Shown here: piece by piece, positions 28,420 to 42,544 of the stretch | Position numbering within the stretch: position 1 is the stretch's first letter | Layout: every line of letters begins with the position of its first letter | DNA from: the human T2T-CHM13v2.0 reference genome, Homo sapiens | Assembly (NCBI RefSeq): GCF_009914755.1 | Contig: NC_060938.1 | Strand: one strand, 5' to 3' | Length of the DNA: 64,000 nucleotides | The notes under the pieces: model-generated | Database searches by the model: none | Told to the model about the DNA's origin: nothing | The model's input: the letters and a program-made list of their open reading frames with translations, nothing else | Made by a program: the position numbers and the translations under genes

Positions 28420-28710
28420 CTGAGCGCCTACCCACCACTCACTAGATTTCTATCTTTTTATTACCTTACCCTGGGAGATGAATGGGGTTATCTCCATTTT
28501 CCAGGTGACAAACAGAGATTCAGAGAGGTGACGAGAGGCTCTCCAAGGACCCATATGGAAGTGTCAGCTGGAATTCAACCCTCAGGCAGCCTGGCTCCAA
28601 AGTTCACAACCTTTCCTACTTGTTTCAGCCCTGCCCTGCCTTTCAGGGCTAAGAAGATGTTAGTAGATGTTCCATAAATATTTATTAAATTGAACTGAAC
28701 TCAGCAGCTG
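28420..28710. mobile_element. MIR (-) followed by an L2 terminus (+)
   Basis: tatctccattttccaggtgacaaacagagattcagagagg; ataaatatttattaaattgaactgaa. Confidence 0.55.
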
Positions 28711-30474
28711 AACACACGCAGGCCTCTTCCACCCTGACCAAGAGGAATCCTTTGAGGGTCTGCAGTATGGAAAGAAATTCTCTGAGGCGCTAAATAAAAT
28801 CCTGCTCTGAGGTGCAAGGAGGACTTTTTTGAAATTAATAGCTAACAAAGTTTATGCAGACCCCAAAAGGAAAAACAGAAAGGAATTGGAATCATTTTAA
28901 AAACAGAGTCGGTAGATAATAAAACTTCACGGTGGTGGTGTTGTCTTTCATCAAGAAGCACGAAGTGCTCACAGGCTTTAATTACATCTTCATCCCTACG
29001 GCCCCTTCTGAAGTCGGTAGATGCACGTTAATAGTACCTTTCGTTTTAGGCATGGACACATTCCGGTACCAGAAGCTTTAGCAATTCTCCCCAAGGCAAG
29101 CAGAGTACAGAGCTGGATCGGGGCGCAATGACTCTCCAGGCCAGCATCCCATGCTACCTCCAGTTGTATTTCCTGACTCCGCAGCTGAAACCAAGGACTT
29201 CATTGACATATTTAGGGGTAGGGGGATCTGAAGGTCTAGGAAAGAAGGTGGGCAAAACCAAGGAATCAGGCCTCCACTTTGGCCTGCACACCATATAAAT
29301 CCCCTCTTTGTTCACCCATATGCACATTCTTTAATTTAGGCATGGTTTCCATTTGTGTACATCAATGAGTTTGCTCAGTCACAAGGGTGCCGAAGCCTGA
29401 GCTGGACCACTCACTTTAGGTAATGCCACAGCAGACAATCAGTGCCTCTGATCATGAAGACTGGAGAAATGTGTCTGGGCTGGGCCCATGCATGATGCTT
29501 GGGAGGGAAACTCTCCCAGTGGACTCTGCGACTGGGATGTGGAAGCTCAGACAGCTAGAGATGGGAAAGGAAACTTAAATTGCAAAGGAGTAATCCTTTT
29601 TTTTTCTTTCTTTTTTTTTTTTTTTTTTTTTTTTGCTAGTTCATTTTCAATCATTCATTTCCTGGCTTAAAAAATAATTAATAGTAATAATCGCATATGG
29701 CTTTTTAATGGCTCTCCATTGCCAAATACTATTTAAGCACAAATTTCTTCACTAGACACTGGAGCCCAATCTACACACTTGATGGTGTGGCTCCATCTGG
29801 GACCCCAGTCTCATTTCTTGTTCTTAATTTCTGTACAGTTATTCCTAATTTGTGAACTGCAGACCTGCAAGAGGCCAGGGCGTTTCAGCAAGGGGTCCAT
29901 AACTCTTAGTGCCACACCAAACATGGGCAGCAGCTGAAATCCATAGTATGTAAAACTCAGGCGAATTTGAAAGGCCGTTAAATTCCTAGCAGCTCTTTGT
30001 CATTATGTGTTTTCTTGGGTACGAAGTTTGACAATTGTTACAAGAAGGGGCCTGCATTGTGATAACAGTTTTCAACCTGGGATCCAAGGAACCCCACGGA
30101 GATTCCCTGAAGTATAGATGGAGGGAGCACGAGGATGGAGCAGGAGCAGATGGGGACACCCCATGCCCGCACACACACAGCTAATTCATCCCTGTAACCA
30201 GAGAGACTGTTTTGATCAGTTTTGTACACTGGGCTTTCTAGTAAGATTTTATTTGAAGAAAGGACTCTGCCACAGAGGTGAGTGGGGTAGTTTGCAAGCA
30301 ATGGCTGCAGACAAAGTACATGTATTTCTAGCCAGTCCCTTGCCACAGTTCAGTGGGGCACAGTGAGAAATCTGTCAGCTGCCCGCTCTGTCCAGATCCA
30401 CACAGTAAGAACTCTGGGTTTGTTAGTGTCTTAGATGCATTAAGTCCCATCTGGCTCTTAGAAATAACAAATGA

Positions 30475-30803
<329 letters not shown>

Positions 30804-31399
30804 TAGCCAATCTTATTGTCAGTGCAAAGACAGTATCCACTTTGCATATGTACTGCTGAGGGAATCATTAGAACATTCACTGCTGCTGAGGGTCAGGTGG
30901 GGAATTCTTTATATACCAGCTTTTCTTGTGGGCCAAAATCCCTAGAGGGATAGTGGCCACTTGGGGTCCATTTTTATCTCCTTCAGTTTCTACCCAAATG
31001 TGTCTTTGCTTATGTGGCTGGGGCCTGCCACTCAGGCTTTCAGGACACAGTGTGCCCCCAGGCAGCCTGGGCCTAGAACAGTTGTAGTAATAAGAGGTGA
31101 CAAAGCAGGACCTTGAGACAGAACTTCCAGAAATTCTTTAGCTGAGCCTCCGTCCTCCCAGCCAGGTTTCAGACAGGATGACACATAAAGAAATCTCTGA
31201 ACAATCCAGAGCAGTGCACATTAGCGAGTGAAGCTCAGGCAGGAAATGGGAAGGAATGCCTTTGTCTCTGCTTTCCACCCTGCCACCCATAGCTCATTCT
31301 CAAAAGCCACCTCCTCAACACTCAGGCTCGGGGTAAATGCTACAAAACGTGGTGGAAACCTCTCACGACCTCCTCTCTGTTGCATGAACGCCTGTTAGA

Positions 31400-32600
31400 G
31401 GCGAAGGAAAACAATGGCAAACAGACCCAGGCCTGTCACAGCTGTACTGGGGCCAGCTGGAATGTGGCTGTGCGTGCGCGTGCATGTGTGCGTGCACGCC
31501 GGTGCACACGTGGGAATATAAACATCCTTGGCTCCCCAGCTCCTGTGTGCTGGATCGTGCTGAGTGGGCGCAAAGTTCTGCATGTGTCCGAGGCAGGGAG
31601 GGGCAGCACCAGCACACCTAGGCGCTCTCATTTATACATTGAAAGGCGGGTGGGGGGGACAAAGGAGAAGGTTTGGGAATGGCTGGCTGTGTGCCCGTGT
31701 ATGTATGGGCACATCTCATTGTTGATATGTCTTGGGGGAAATTGAGGGAAATTTTGTGCTTGGGTATGTGTGCACGCATGGTAGGCGCCCACACTCAAGT
31801 GTGCAGAGGGGGAAGCTGAAAGAAAGTTTCGAGATTCTGTGAACATTCTCAGTTAGAAAAAAATCTGGCAACTCCCCATACCACAGGTGGGTACACATTC
31901 AATGCTTGTGAAGTTCATTTCCTGTACTAGTTACCAGCCCTTGTTTATACAGGACACAAGATGTGCTTGGTAGCAAAAGCTCTAGGTCTCCGGGGTGAGT
32001 TGAGGGAGAGTGTGTATGTGGAGGGGGTGGGGAGGGAGTGTGGGCATCACCGCACAGGTGCTCTTGAAGTACACATGAAATCAATTTTCAATATTAATCC
32101 ATAATTCCACTCATATATGTTCAGAGGGGAGAGAAAGTAGAGCTCTAATTTTAGAATGACCCCCTCCTTCATTGCTCCAGTGCTGTTTTAGCACCCAATC
32201 TGCTCGGGCCAGTGGCAGCTCGGGTGTCCTCGTGTGTGTTTATGGGTTTGAAACGCATCTGGCTTGTTCTTCTTTGAGCTTTACTTTGTGAGCCCAGCCC
32301 CAGGAAGTGTTTATGAGCTTTTTCACTTTGCTTTATTCTGGCTCAGCTTTGTTTGGTAGCACAGAAGGGTAGAGTTTGACATAAATACTCTGTTCTTTGT
32401 GTGAGGGCTTCAGATTGCAGAGGGTCCTAGGACTGGCATTCCATAGGAAAGTTGAGGAGTTTGACCCAACCCCATGATCACACACCTGTAAGCGAACATT
32501 CTGCACACCTCAATATGAGAAGAAACTGCACTCTCTAAACAAACTCCTGGGCACGTGACCTCCTCAGAGTCTACTTGCCAGTTTGTTCATCCAGATGGTG
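31400..32600. promoter_or_regulatory. Candidate intronic enhancer (forkhead/ETS/E-box motif cluster)
   Basis: No repeats recognised. ATAAACA/TGTTTAT at 31518, 31942, 32237 and 32308; CAGGAAGT at 32301; CACGTG at 31507 and ~32552. Motif evidence only. Confidence 0.4.
31469..31499. repeat. 31-bp alternating purine/pyrimidine tract
   Basis: tgtgcgtgcgcgtgcatgtgtgcgtgcacgc. Confidence 0.85.
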
Positions 32601-34289
32601 ACCAGCTCACAATAGACACTCAGTGACTGCTAATTAACCATGGAATATTCCATTCCACTGCATTACCAAAGTGCCAGCATCACTCCTCAGCATAGCTCAG
32701 GACCTTGTCCAATCAGCTGTCTTGAACACCCACTTTGATCCACGGTTCACGTTCATGTTATAGTCATGAGCCCCTGCTCCTCCGCCAGTCTAGACTCAAG
32801 GAAGCAGTGGCACAAATCTCCTGGCTGTTGGGTTCCATGGAGCAGAGAGCCTGAACCCACCCGGAAACCAAGTCTAGACAAAACAGAGCTTTGAGGTTTA
32901 CACCCACAACCTTTGTACCGTCGGAAGCAGAGGGTGCCAGGGGATCCACTACACGCTCCCTGGGAAGCAGAAGCCAGAGGTGTCGTGCTATTTCTCCATC
33001 TGGCCAAGGGTTTAACCCTGCTGAAGACTATTTCTGAGGGGAGTCTCCATGATGAGGGGACCCAAAGATGCTGATGGGGTCATTTCCCAGGCTCTGTTCT
33101 GGTCCAGTGCAGGGCTCCAGTTGTTGATGGTGATGGAAGTTTGCTTTATACTTGGTCCCTGCTTGGTTGGAGTCCTCTGCCACCCTCTGGCAATTCACAA
33201 CATCTAGTCACTTGGAGACCTCTGAACAATAGCAGGACTCTAAAGACTGGGACCCATGGCTCCTCAGTGAATTCTGAAACTGCTTTGAGGTGCTGCCTAA
33301 AGTTCAAGGAGAAGCTTACCAAGGAACGGGGACCTGGGGACAGCAATGGAAATAGAGACAGTGAGGTACAGGCCACTCGCTATCCTTTGTAGGAACTTTC
33401 AGCTCCTGTTAGCTAGAGACCGTTGCAGAGTCAACATTCTACGCAAGCCAGCGTGGCACCCTGCTTGTCTATGATTCTATTCAAGGCCCAGACATAACCA
33501 GCCTTCATGGGCTTCCAGACCACTGAGATTGCAGCCTGGGGTGACCTCCTACCCTGTCTGGAAGGGTCTCCACCCCAGGCCTGGTCCTGCAGGAAATGGT
33601 TCCCGTGGGGAGAACTCCTACTGCTCCAAGGCAGCAGCTTCCTTGGTGTCATCAGTTTACCTGCCAGTCTCATCTCTGAGAGGGTACCAGTTTCTTTGGC
33701 TTCCCCGCCTGTCCCCAGAATGATTCCAACACTTTTTTAGCCCCTGAAAGCCTTGGAAGGGTGCCCACTTGCATTTCTAGTGAATAGCATTTCCACTGGA
33801 GGCCCTTCACCCAGGGTTCCCTACAAAGGGGTTTGCTTTTAGGGAAGGGCAAGGTGACCCTGCTTTGTCCTCCTGAAGCACCACTTGTGGCTCTCCATCA
33901 CTGTGCCTGCCATGCAATCATAATCCTCCCCTTTCTGTCTCTGCCCCGCTAGCCTAGAAGTGCCTGAAGGCAAGAGCTGTCTTAGAGGCACACTGGGAAA
34001 ATAGGGGGCCCTGGGTCCTGATTGAGTGAGGGCCCAGCTAGGGCCAGAGGGCCTGGGCTCACCAGCCACTGGGCCTGGATAAAGGTGGTTTTCAAGGGGT
34101 GAGTGTAGTCTGGCCTGTCTGATTCTCATCCCCACTCTCTGATAGTGCTATGTTTTTCACCTTGAAAATGAAGACATACTACCCTGAGCCCTTCACTGGG
34201 TTGTCAAGTGGTCGTGTGGCACACGTAAGGGAGCATTGCTATGTTAAAGCTCCCCAGCTCCCTTCATTATGGCCATCCCATGGACAGAG

Positions 34290-34450
34290 GACCATGCTGT
34301 GACTCAGAGGCCCAGCTCTTCCTAGCTGTGCTGTTCCCTGAGTGAACTTCAGTGAGTTGCTTTATCTCAGTGACTCTGTTTCATCTGTGAAATGGGACTG
34401 TCGGGTTGTCAGGGCAAGTACTTGGAACCTTCACTGAGTGGTATGGTTGT
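34290..34450 (+). mobile_element. MIR
   Basis: tctgtttcatctgtgaaatggga core. Confidence 0.5.
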
Positions 34451-34636
34451 GGGCATTCCTTCTTATTGTCATTGCTTAAATAAGCATGAAGATACTTTCC
34501 TGAAGAATGATGTTTGGAAGGAAGGAACCTAGACTTTGGTATGGGGTGGGAATGGAGTAAATCCTAAATCCATCCCTTGTTAACAGGCTTGTAAGTGGAA
34601 TTCTTGCCTAGCGAGATCTAGGATAGTTCTCTAGCT

Positions 34637-34835
34637 CAGGAGTCAGCAAATGTTTACTGTAAAGGGGCAGATAGTGACTATTTTTGGCCTTGCAGGCCAC
34701 AGGGTCTCTACCACAACTGCAAGGCAGCCATGGACAATACATAAACAAATGGACATGGCCTTGTTCCAGGAGGACTTTATTTACATCGGGCTGCAGGCCG
34801 GATTTGACCAGTCGGCCATGGTTTGCTTACCCCTG
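34637..34835 (+). mobile_element. MER58A (hAT-Charlie)
   Basis: Termini caggagtcagcaaa...tttgcttacccctg; 8-bp TSD ctctagct/ctttagct. Confidence 0.88.
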
Positions 34836-36639
34836 CTTTAGCTTATGGGGGGTGCCCCGCAAGCACTTGGGAAATTAATTTGTTGAAGATAGGTGAGTAG
34901 AGGCCTCTGATAGTCCAGATCCTCGGTTTTAGCTCTGTTTACACAGGACCAGGTTCTGTGTTCTTGCCACTGAGTCACAGCTGCAAGACCCTCACCTCCC
35001 CCTAGCCCCACTCCCCCAGCTTTGAGTGATCCCAGGCTCCTTCAAGCCCACTGCTGAGTGGGGAGCAGTTTCTGTGCCTTCCAGGATCTGTCTCCCCTAC
35101 TGCCACTCCCCATCCAGGGCTTTTTCCCTCCATCCTGAGTTTGTGGGACACACAATTTGTAATCTCCTTAAAACTGAAGAAGTGAGGTCTCTGATTCATG
35201 TAGATTAAAATCAGCTGCAACCTATTAATGGCCCAGGGCCCAAGACAGATTTTAGGAAACAAAAACACTGGACCAAATTAGACTGAGCCGGCCTCTGTCT
35301 CCAGGGAAGGGAGGTAGAGTAGGAGGCTGGGGGCGGGGGAGTGGCCATGTGGTTTTCATTACTTTGGATTCTCTTCCTGAAGCGAAGTCACCCAACACAA
35401 AGTGTATGGAGCGCCAAGGCAGCGGCCAGCCTCTGGAGCCCGGCTCTCCCTGGTAGAAGCCCTGGGTCCTGTTGGGGGGCTCTGGCTGGTTGTGTGTCTG
35501 TAATTAACAGGTTTCAAAGTGGTTATTTTGGAAAAGAGAATTTCAGTGGCGCGTCAAAATCCTTTCATCAGCCATCAGCTGCCGTCCCGAGGCCTTCAGC
35601 AAGGCCTGAGCCACTTAAGGCTTCTGAGAGCTTTAAATTCCCAGGGTCCTGTTTGAGAATGTGGAGGCTTTTGCCATGGGTTTTATTGGGCTGATGGTTG
35701 CCATGATTTTCATTATGTTGTTTGGTTCCTGGGATCATAAAAATGTTTGCCTCTTCCTAGAGTACCTAGGATCATTGAAAAGAAAAGGGATAAAAAAGCC
35801 CCTGCATTTGTAGCTGCTACATAGCATACAAACCATGGCTTCCTTGAGGGAAAAGGGCCAGCTCTGGCTCTGGGCTAGGGAAAATCATCAAACTGGAAGG
35901 GACAGGACAAGCAGCCACACCCAGTCTCCACCTCCCTCCCATCCAAGGACACTGAGGCCCAGAGAGATGCTCATCTAAAGCTGGTCTGGAATCCTGGTCC
36001 CACTCTCGGTCAGGTGCTCTTTCTCTCCCTGGTGACTTGAGGCTGTGAGTAGAGTTGGGAAAGGTAAAGGAGTCTGAATTCTGCTGAACTAGTGCTTTGG
36101 GACACCTCTAGGAGTGGAAGAAATGGTCAGATTTACAGGCAGCATAAAGTGAAATGCTGAAGTGGACAGAGGAATGATCCGGGCCAGCCTGGGCATTCTC
36201 ATGGCCTACAGGACAGAGCGCTTCTCTGAGGCTGGAAGGGTTACTGCAGCCTTCACTTGGCACCCACAGCCCTGAGACATGGAAAGAAGGGAAACAGGTA
36301 CCAAATCCCACAAGCCTCAGAGATGATTTCTCACTGCTTTGAATATGAAACCTCTGAAATCTGGTCAAGCTCCCAGAATCACCCTAGGGGGTGACAGGAA
36401 TTTTGGTTAAGCCCGTATTATCTGATAAGTGGAACACTAACCTGGCTTTACTTCCTATTTTGATGATGGCTACCTTCCAGAACCTTCTTTCATGGAAAAC
36501 ATGAAAAATATTCTGGGAGAATTGCTATTAAATAACCTCTGCTGTTTAAAAACAAGGCCAGACCAGCAGACCTTGCTCTCAGCAGGACACATGTAAGAAC
36601 TAGTCTACAATAAAGAAGCTATTAAGGCGTGTTCAGAGA

Positions 36640-36900
36640 ATTAGAGAGTGTTGGAGCTGAGAGGGAAATTGGAGTTCAGCTAGGCCAGGCTTTCATTTTA
36701 CAGATAGGGAAACTGAGGCCTCAGGGCATATCCAAAGTGATCTAGGGGGCATAGGGAGTCCAGGATTTGCTTGACTATCTCATTCTTCACAAGGCCACTG
36801 TTCCCCTTTTGGGTTGATATTGTAATTCATTCATTCATTCATTCATTCATTCAGTTTTTACTACCTCCTATGTGTCAGATGCTTCTAGGCACTGCTAATT
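36640..36900 (-). mobile_element. MIR3-like fragment, then (ATTC)n-tailed L2 end
   Basis: ttcattttacagatagggaaactgaggcc; (attc)n at about 36825-36852. Confidence 0.6.
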
Positions 36901-37565
36901 TTGTTTCTTTGAAGTTTCTAGAGGTGGAATAAAACAGACACATTTCTGTGGACTACATTAAAGAAGGAAAGGACTTTTCCCCCCAAAATCTAGGTTTGGG
37001 GAAAGTCTGGTGACTTTTATGAGCCTGGGGCATCTTTGGGAAACGCCTGCCCTCTTGAGTGTGCCTTTCAGATGAGTGCGAAATATCATTGTCAGATAAA
37101 GGGGTGACTTGCCTAGGCTGCCCCCACTTGCAGTGACCCCCACTCCCAACAGCCACCTGGCAGTGTGGCCCAAAGGAATCTGGAAGTGAACATCAGCAGA
37201 GATTCTCTGGATCCAAATTTGAGTGAGGGCTGGCGGGAACCCAGACTAGCTGGAGGCTGCAGATTGCATGGGTCTCTCCGTCTGTTTCTCATCATTCTCC
37301 TCCTACGGTTTGCTTGTCAGTCCTTTGCTCTTGTTTACCTCTATGTGGATAATTCCTCGATTATAAATCAGAGAACTTGGCACTGAGTTCTGGATTATCT
37401 GTGATCTTTAACTTTCCCAGGGCAAAAGAAATTAAACCAGCAAATCTCTTTGTTTCTCATGGTTCAGCATCCAAATCATGGAAGTGCGGGTCTGTGTAGA
37501 GTGAGACAGCCTAAGCCCACCTCTGCCCTGGCCCCCACACTCTAGGTGAGCAGTCATGCATGCAT

Positions 37566-38125
37566 GCATTCATTTATTCACTCAACAAATATTCAGTGAG
37601 CACCCATGTGGCAGCCTCTCTTCTAGAAACTGGAGATACAGGGTTAAAAAAAGGACACTGTTCCTTCTTACCCTGTTTGCATCTTAGTATGGATGACAGT
37701 AAGCAAACAAACCAACAAACATACATACTAGTGATAAATGCCTTGAGAAAGGAAGCAGGTTAAGAGATGGCAGTGAGGGGTGCACTATTTTACACACAGT
37801 GGGGTCAGGAAGACCTCTCTGAAGAGGTGACATTTGAGCAGAGATTGGATGAAGAGAGAGTAAGCAATGTTCAATCCAGAAAGAACATTTCAAGCAGAAG
37901 GAATAGCAAGTGCAAAGGCCTGGAATAGGAACAAGTGTGATGTGTTTGGGGAACAGTAAGGAAGCCAGAGACTGGAGTAGAGTGAAAAAAGGGGACAACT
38001 GTGATACATTAGGTCAGAGCAGTGGGCAGGGGCCAGCCATGGAAGTGGTGACTTTGGGTTTTGTTCTGAGCTTCACAGGATGTCCTTGGAGGTTTTGGAG
38101 GAGAGTGATGCAGCAAAGATGAACA
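37566..38125 (-). mobile_element. L2 3' portion
   Basis: cattcatttattcactcaacaaatatt...gtcaggaagacctctctgaagaggtgacatttgagcagaga. Confidence 0.8.
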
Positions 38126-38704
38126 TTCAGAGGCTATAGAGAGGCTCATGGAACAACAATGGGCCAGCTTGGGTTAAACACTGGCATTCAGACACATGGC
38201 AATGGTAGCTGCACCTCATGGGTGGTGCTTCCAGTGGGAACTGTTGAGAGCTACATGTTTCGACAGGGTGAGGCTGGGCCTGGGAGCTCACTACCTCTAC
38301 CAATTAGTGTTAAGCCCAGAAAAAGGAAATGCTGCAGTTTAAATTGTAGGGTTGGAACCTGTGAGTCATATAAGCCCCAGCCAAATGGGCCATGGTGGGC
38401 TCTGGGAAGTTACTGGTGCAGGGTCTGAAGCCCCCAGCTGGGCTGTTTGGCCACCCATGGGGGCTTCCAGACACATTCGGAAGAAGCAGACTCAAATACA
38501 GACCCCACCTTTGGGGTCTGGCTTTATTTTTGGCTGACTGTATACTGTCTGGTCAGTTTCCTTCCCAGTGTCTTTTACTTTGGAAAAGGCAGGCCACCTC
38601 ACAGGGGAGCAGAGAGAAAGGGGGAAACACATGGATTTGGGGCTCAATCAGCCCCACAACACAACCCTCACCTCATCACTTCGCTGGCTTTTGGAAAAGC
38701 TACT

Positions 38705-38900
38705 GAACCTCCCAGAGCTGCCAGCCACATGTGGCTGTTCACATTTAAATCAATTTAAGTGAAATAAAATTTTAAAATTTTGTTCCTCAGTTTCACTTAC
38801 CACATTTCAAGGGCTGAATAGCAACATGGGGCTTGTGGCTATCTATTGGACGTGAGATGTAGAAGATTTCCCTTATGGCAGGAAGCTCTGTTGAACAGTT
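38705..38900 (+). mobile_element. MER3 (hAT-Charlie)
   Basis: agccacatgtggct...ttcctcagt...ccacatttcaag...gtggct...tattggac. Confidence 0.75.
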
Positions 38901-39122
38901 TCATTTCTTTAAAAAGGAAGCAATCCACGAGAACTGAACAAGTTAACACACACAAAGCACAAGGTGTTTGCCTGTCTCACTACAGGTGCTCAGCAAACGG
39001 TGGTCACTGTGATTGATCATGTGAATCTCCATCCTCGCTCTGCTACTGACTAGCTATGTGGCAAGTCATTCAACGTCTCTGAGCCTCTGTTTTCTGATAT
39101 GTAAAATGGGAATAAAAATTAC
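38900..39122 (+). mobile_element. MIR fragments
   Basis: ctctgctactgactagctatgtggcaagtca...tctctgagcctctgttttctgatatgtaaaatggg. Confidence 0.65.
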
Positions 39123-40365
39123 CGCGGAGCACATTTCCACAGCATAACATGATCCTTTTTTTCTTAGTTCTCTCTGGACCCATGAGAACTTCCTTACCAA
39201 CCCTCAGCTGACCTATCTAGACCAGAGCTTGGAAACTCCAGTCTTGCAGCACTTAGCAGGAAGCAGGACCTACTGTGGCCCAATAATGCAGTCTGGAGAT
39301 TTTGGCCATTTTGAAGGGTTTGACCATGGCTAGTGGTATGGAGTTCCAATGAAACAAGTGGACAAATCTGATCAAGAAAAATAATCATTTGACTCAAATC
39401 AGATATTTACCCTGCTCTGACGCTCTGAAAGACATCATGCCTTGGGTTCCCCAGCTCCAGGCCCCGGCTTCCCTGGCTAAAAGTTCCTCCTGTGGGCGCG
39501 GCTCTCAGAGAGGGGCTCCCAGGCAGCCCTTCTAGTATCTCAGCCTCGAATCAGTCTTCCATTTTCCACTTGGGGTTTTTGTTGTTGCTTAAACGTTTAT
39601 TAACTGCAGGCATTTGGCGGGTGGAAGTTGGGATTTGCCTGGGGCTGGAAGGAAGTTATTTGCCAGGCCAGGATAAGGTGTGGTTTCAGAGTTGAAACTG
39701 GAATCCCCTTCACCTGCTTAATGCATTTCAGGGGAGATTTGTTTTCAACTCCCAAATTACCTGCTAGGAATTCTAGACCTGAGATCCTATCTCACTGGCT
39801 GTTTTCTTTCATTTCCGATAAGAAATACAAAGAAAAAAGAGTGAAAGGCTCAAACACGACATTCTTGCACTCTCTTAAATAAAATTACATACAGTGAGTG
39901 ATTTTCTTCCCTGTCTTCTACAAAGCAGGTAATGGGAGGGCCTGACCTAGCCCAGAAAACCTCTGCTCCTGGGGAGGTGTGCCTGGGAGCTGCAGAGAGC
40001 AGGTGATACTAAAGATATTTCTTATGTGCTTGTTGGCCATTTGTGTATCTTATTGGAATATAATTTATTTTCAAATATTAATTTTATGTCCAGCAATCTT
40101 ACTAACCTTTCCTTTAGTTTAATAATTTATTTTTAATTTTGGGGGTATTTTCTATGTACAAATCATACAAAGGTTATGGGGAGTGTTAAAACTCATAAGG
40201 GAGTCTCCAGTAATCTCAAGTTCAGAAGAAACAGAGCTAGAAGGACCTGTGTCCAAGCTTGTGGAGGGTAAGTGAGCAAGAAGTTGCCTAAATGATGGTC
40301 TAACTATGAGCAACGGGACAAAGATAGACAGCAAAGACATTTCAGACATATGGACCAATAATTTC

Positions 40366-41031
<666 letters not shown>

Positions 41032-41139
41032 CGGAAGCTGGACCCATTTCTTTAGGCTGGCAACTCAAGTGATTATTGTTGTTTTAAGCCACTAGGTTTT
41101 AGGATACTTTGCTATACAGCAATAGATAATTAAATAATT

Positions 41140-42544
41140 TACCATATTAAAAACTAAAACCAAAAATAATATTTGTTCATTTAATATTTATTCATTGTTA
41201 ATGAATAAATTAACATTTAGTAATTTATTAAAATGCATATATTCATTAATCCATTTAAACGTTAAAAATAACATTTTATTATAAAAATAACTTTTTTAAA
41301 AAATCCAAGTGAGAAGAGTGACAGTGTTTTACATTTTTGCAAATCTCTTGACTGTCCGGCTTAATAGAAGACAGCTGGATTCTCATATCGGCTTCTGCAT
41401 TCAATCAGCTGTGATAATGTTGTTTTGGATAAAGTATGCGAAGGAAACCCAGCCTCACGTAGTTATTTTGTTGGAAAAGGGAGGAATATTTTAATAGTCT
41501 TTTCAGATAATTGTGAATATTCTTCTTTGACATTATACCAAAACTCAACCAATAGTAGATTACTAAGGTTAGTTGCAATGTGGAATCTGAAACTATATCA
41601 ATGAACTTTTTGTGCTCAGTTATGTTAAAATTCAGTTATCTGGCTTGTACTCTGAATAGATCTTTTGCTCATGCATGATTTTGAAATAATATGCATGGGT
41701 CATTTGGAAAATATTGCTTCACTAAGTCATGCAGATTTTTCAAATTTGATATATTTCTTGATGAAAACTAAAAGTTCTTATTTGTTAATATCACTGATCT
41801 CATCAAAAACCTCTGTAAGTGTTGGGAAGGTGTTAAGTTCACTATGGCAGATACAGGTTTCTAAAAATTCTAATTTTTGCTTTATACTTCTATTTTGGCA
41901 GAAAATACTGTTAATTATTGTCTTTCTTGAAGTGATGAGCTCAGTTTGTTCATTTTTGAGAAAATGCCTGTCAAATAACCAAATCTGAATAACTATGGTT
42001 ATTTGGTCCTTTTGAGTAAACATTGTGTTCCATGAAAGTGACTAGTGCAGATCACAACTCAGGACACTCACACAAGTGCTTTTCCTCCAGATGACCATCA
42101 TACTTCAGGATGCACCAGAAATGCTTGATACTTTGTTTCCAAGTCATCACACAAAGAAAAGAAAGGGAAGGGAAGGGAAGGAAAGGAAAGGGAAGGGGAA
42201 GGGGAAGGGAGGCAGAGAGGGGAGAGGAGGGGAGGAGAGAAAAAGTACCTTTTGGGCAAGGTTTTATAAAATTAATAATTTTTACTGTCTAATTTAGGAC
42301 ATTCTTTGGTGAAACTGGCATTTATTCCCCCTGTAAGTTTGTAGCAGTGAAGAATGCCGTGACTGCCAGCATAGTCTAGCACCAGCAATTTTACCCAGAT
42401 GTCAACACAGTGAAGAAGGCAAATAACATCTTGGTATTATTATGAAATATTATCAAAATTATGAAAATAATTTTGAGCTTGCAGACACCCTGATAGGGTC
42501 TCAGGGATCCCAGGGGACTGCAGACCTCACTTGGAGAATCAGTG
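41140..42544 (-). mobile_element. Charlie1a-like hAT DNA transposon
   Basis: ggcttaatagaagacagctggattctcatatc...gcaatgtggaatctgaaac...aggcaaataacatctt...gggtctcaggga...ttggagaatcagtg. Confidence 0.85.
42153..42245. repeat. Homopurine (GGGAA-like) low-complexity tract
   Basis: About 93 nt of A/G with a single C. Confidence 0.92.

Noticed and set aside
41665-42023. ORFs in the Charlie1a region as a possible domesticated transposase
   Set aside because: Short, with frequent stops; non-autonomous fossil.
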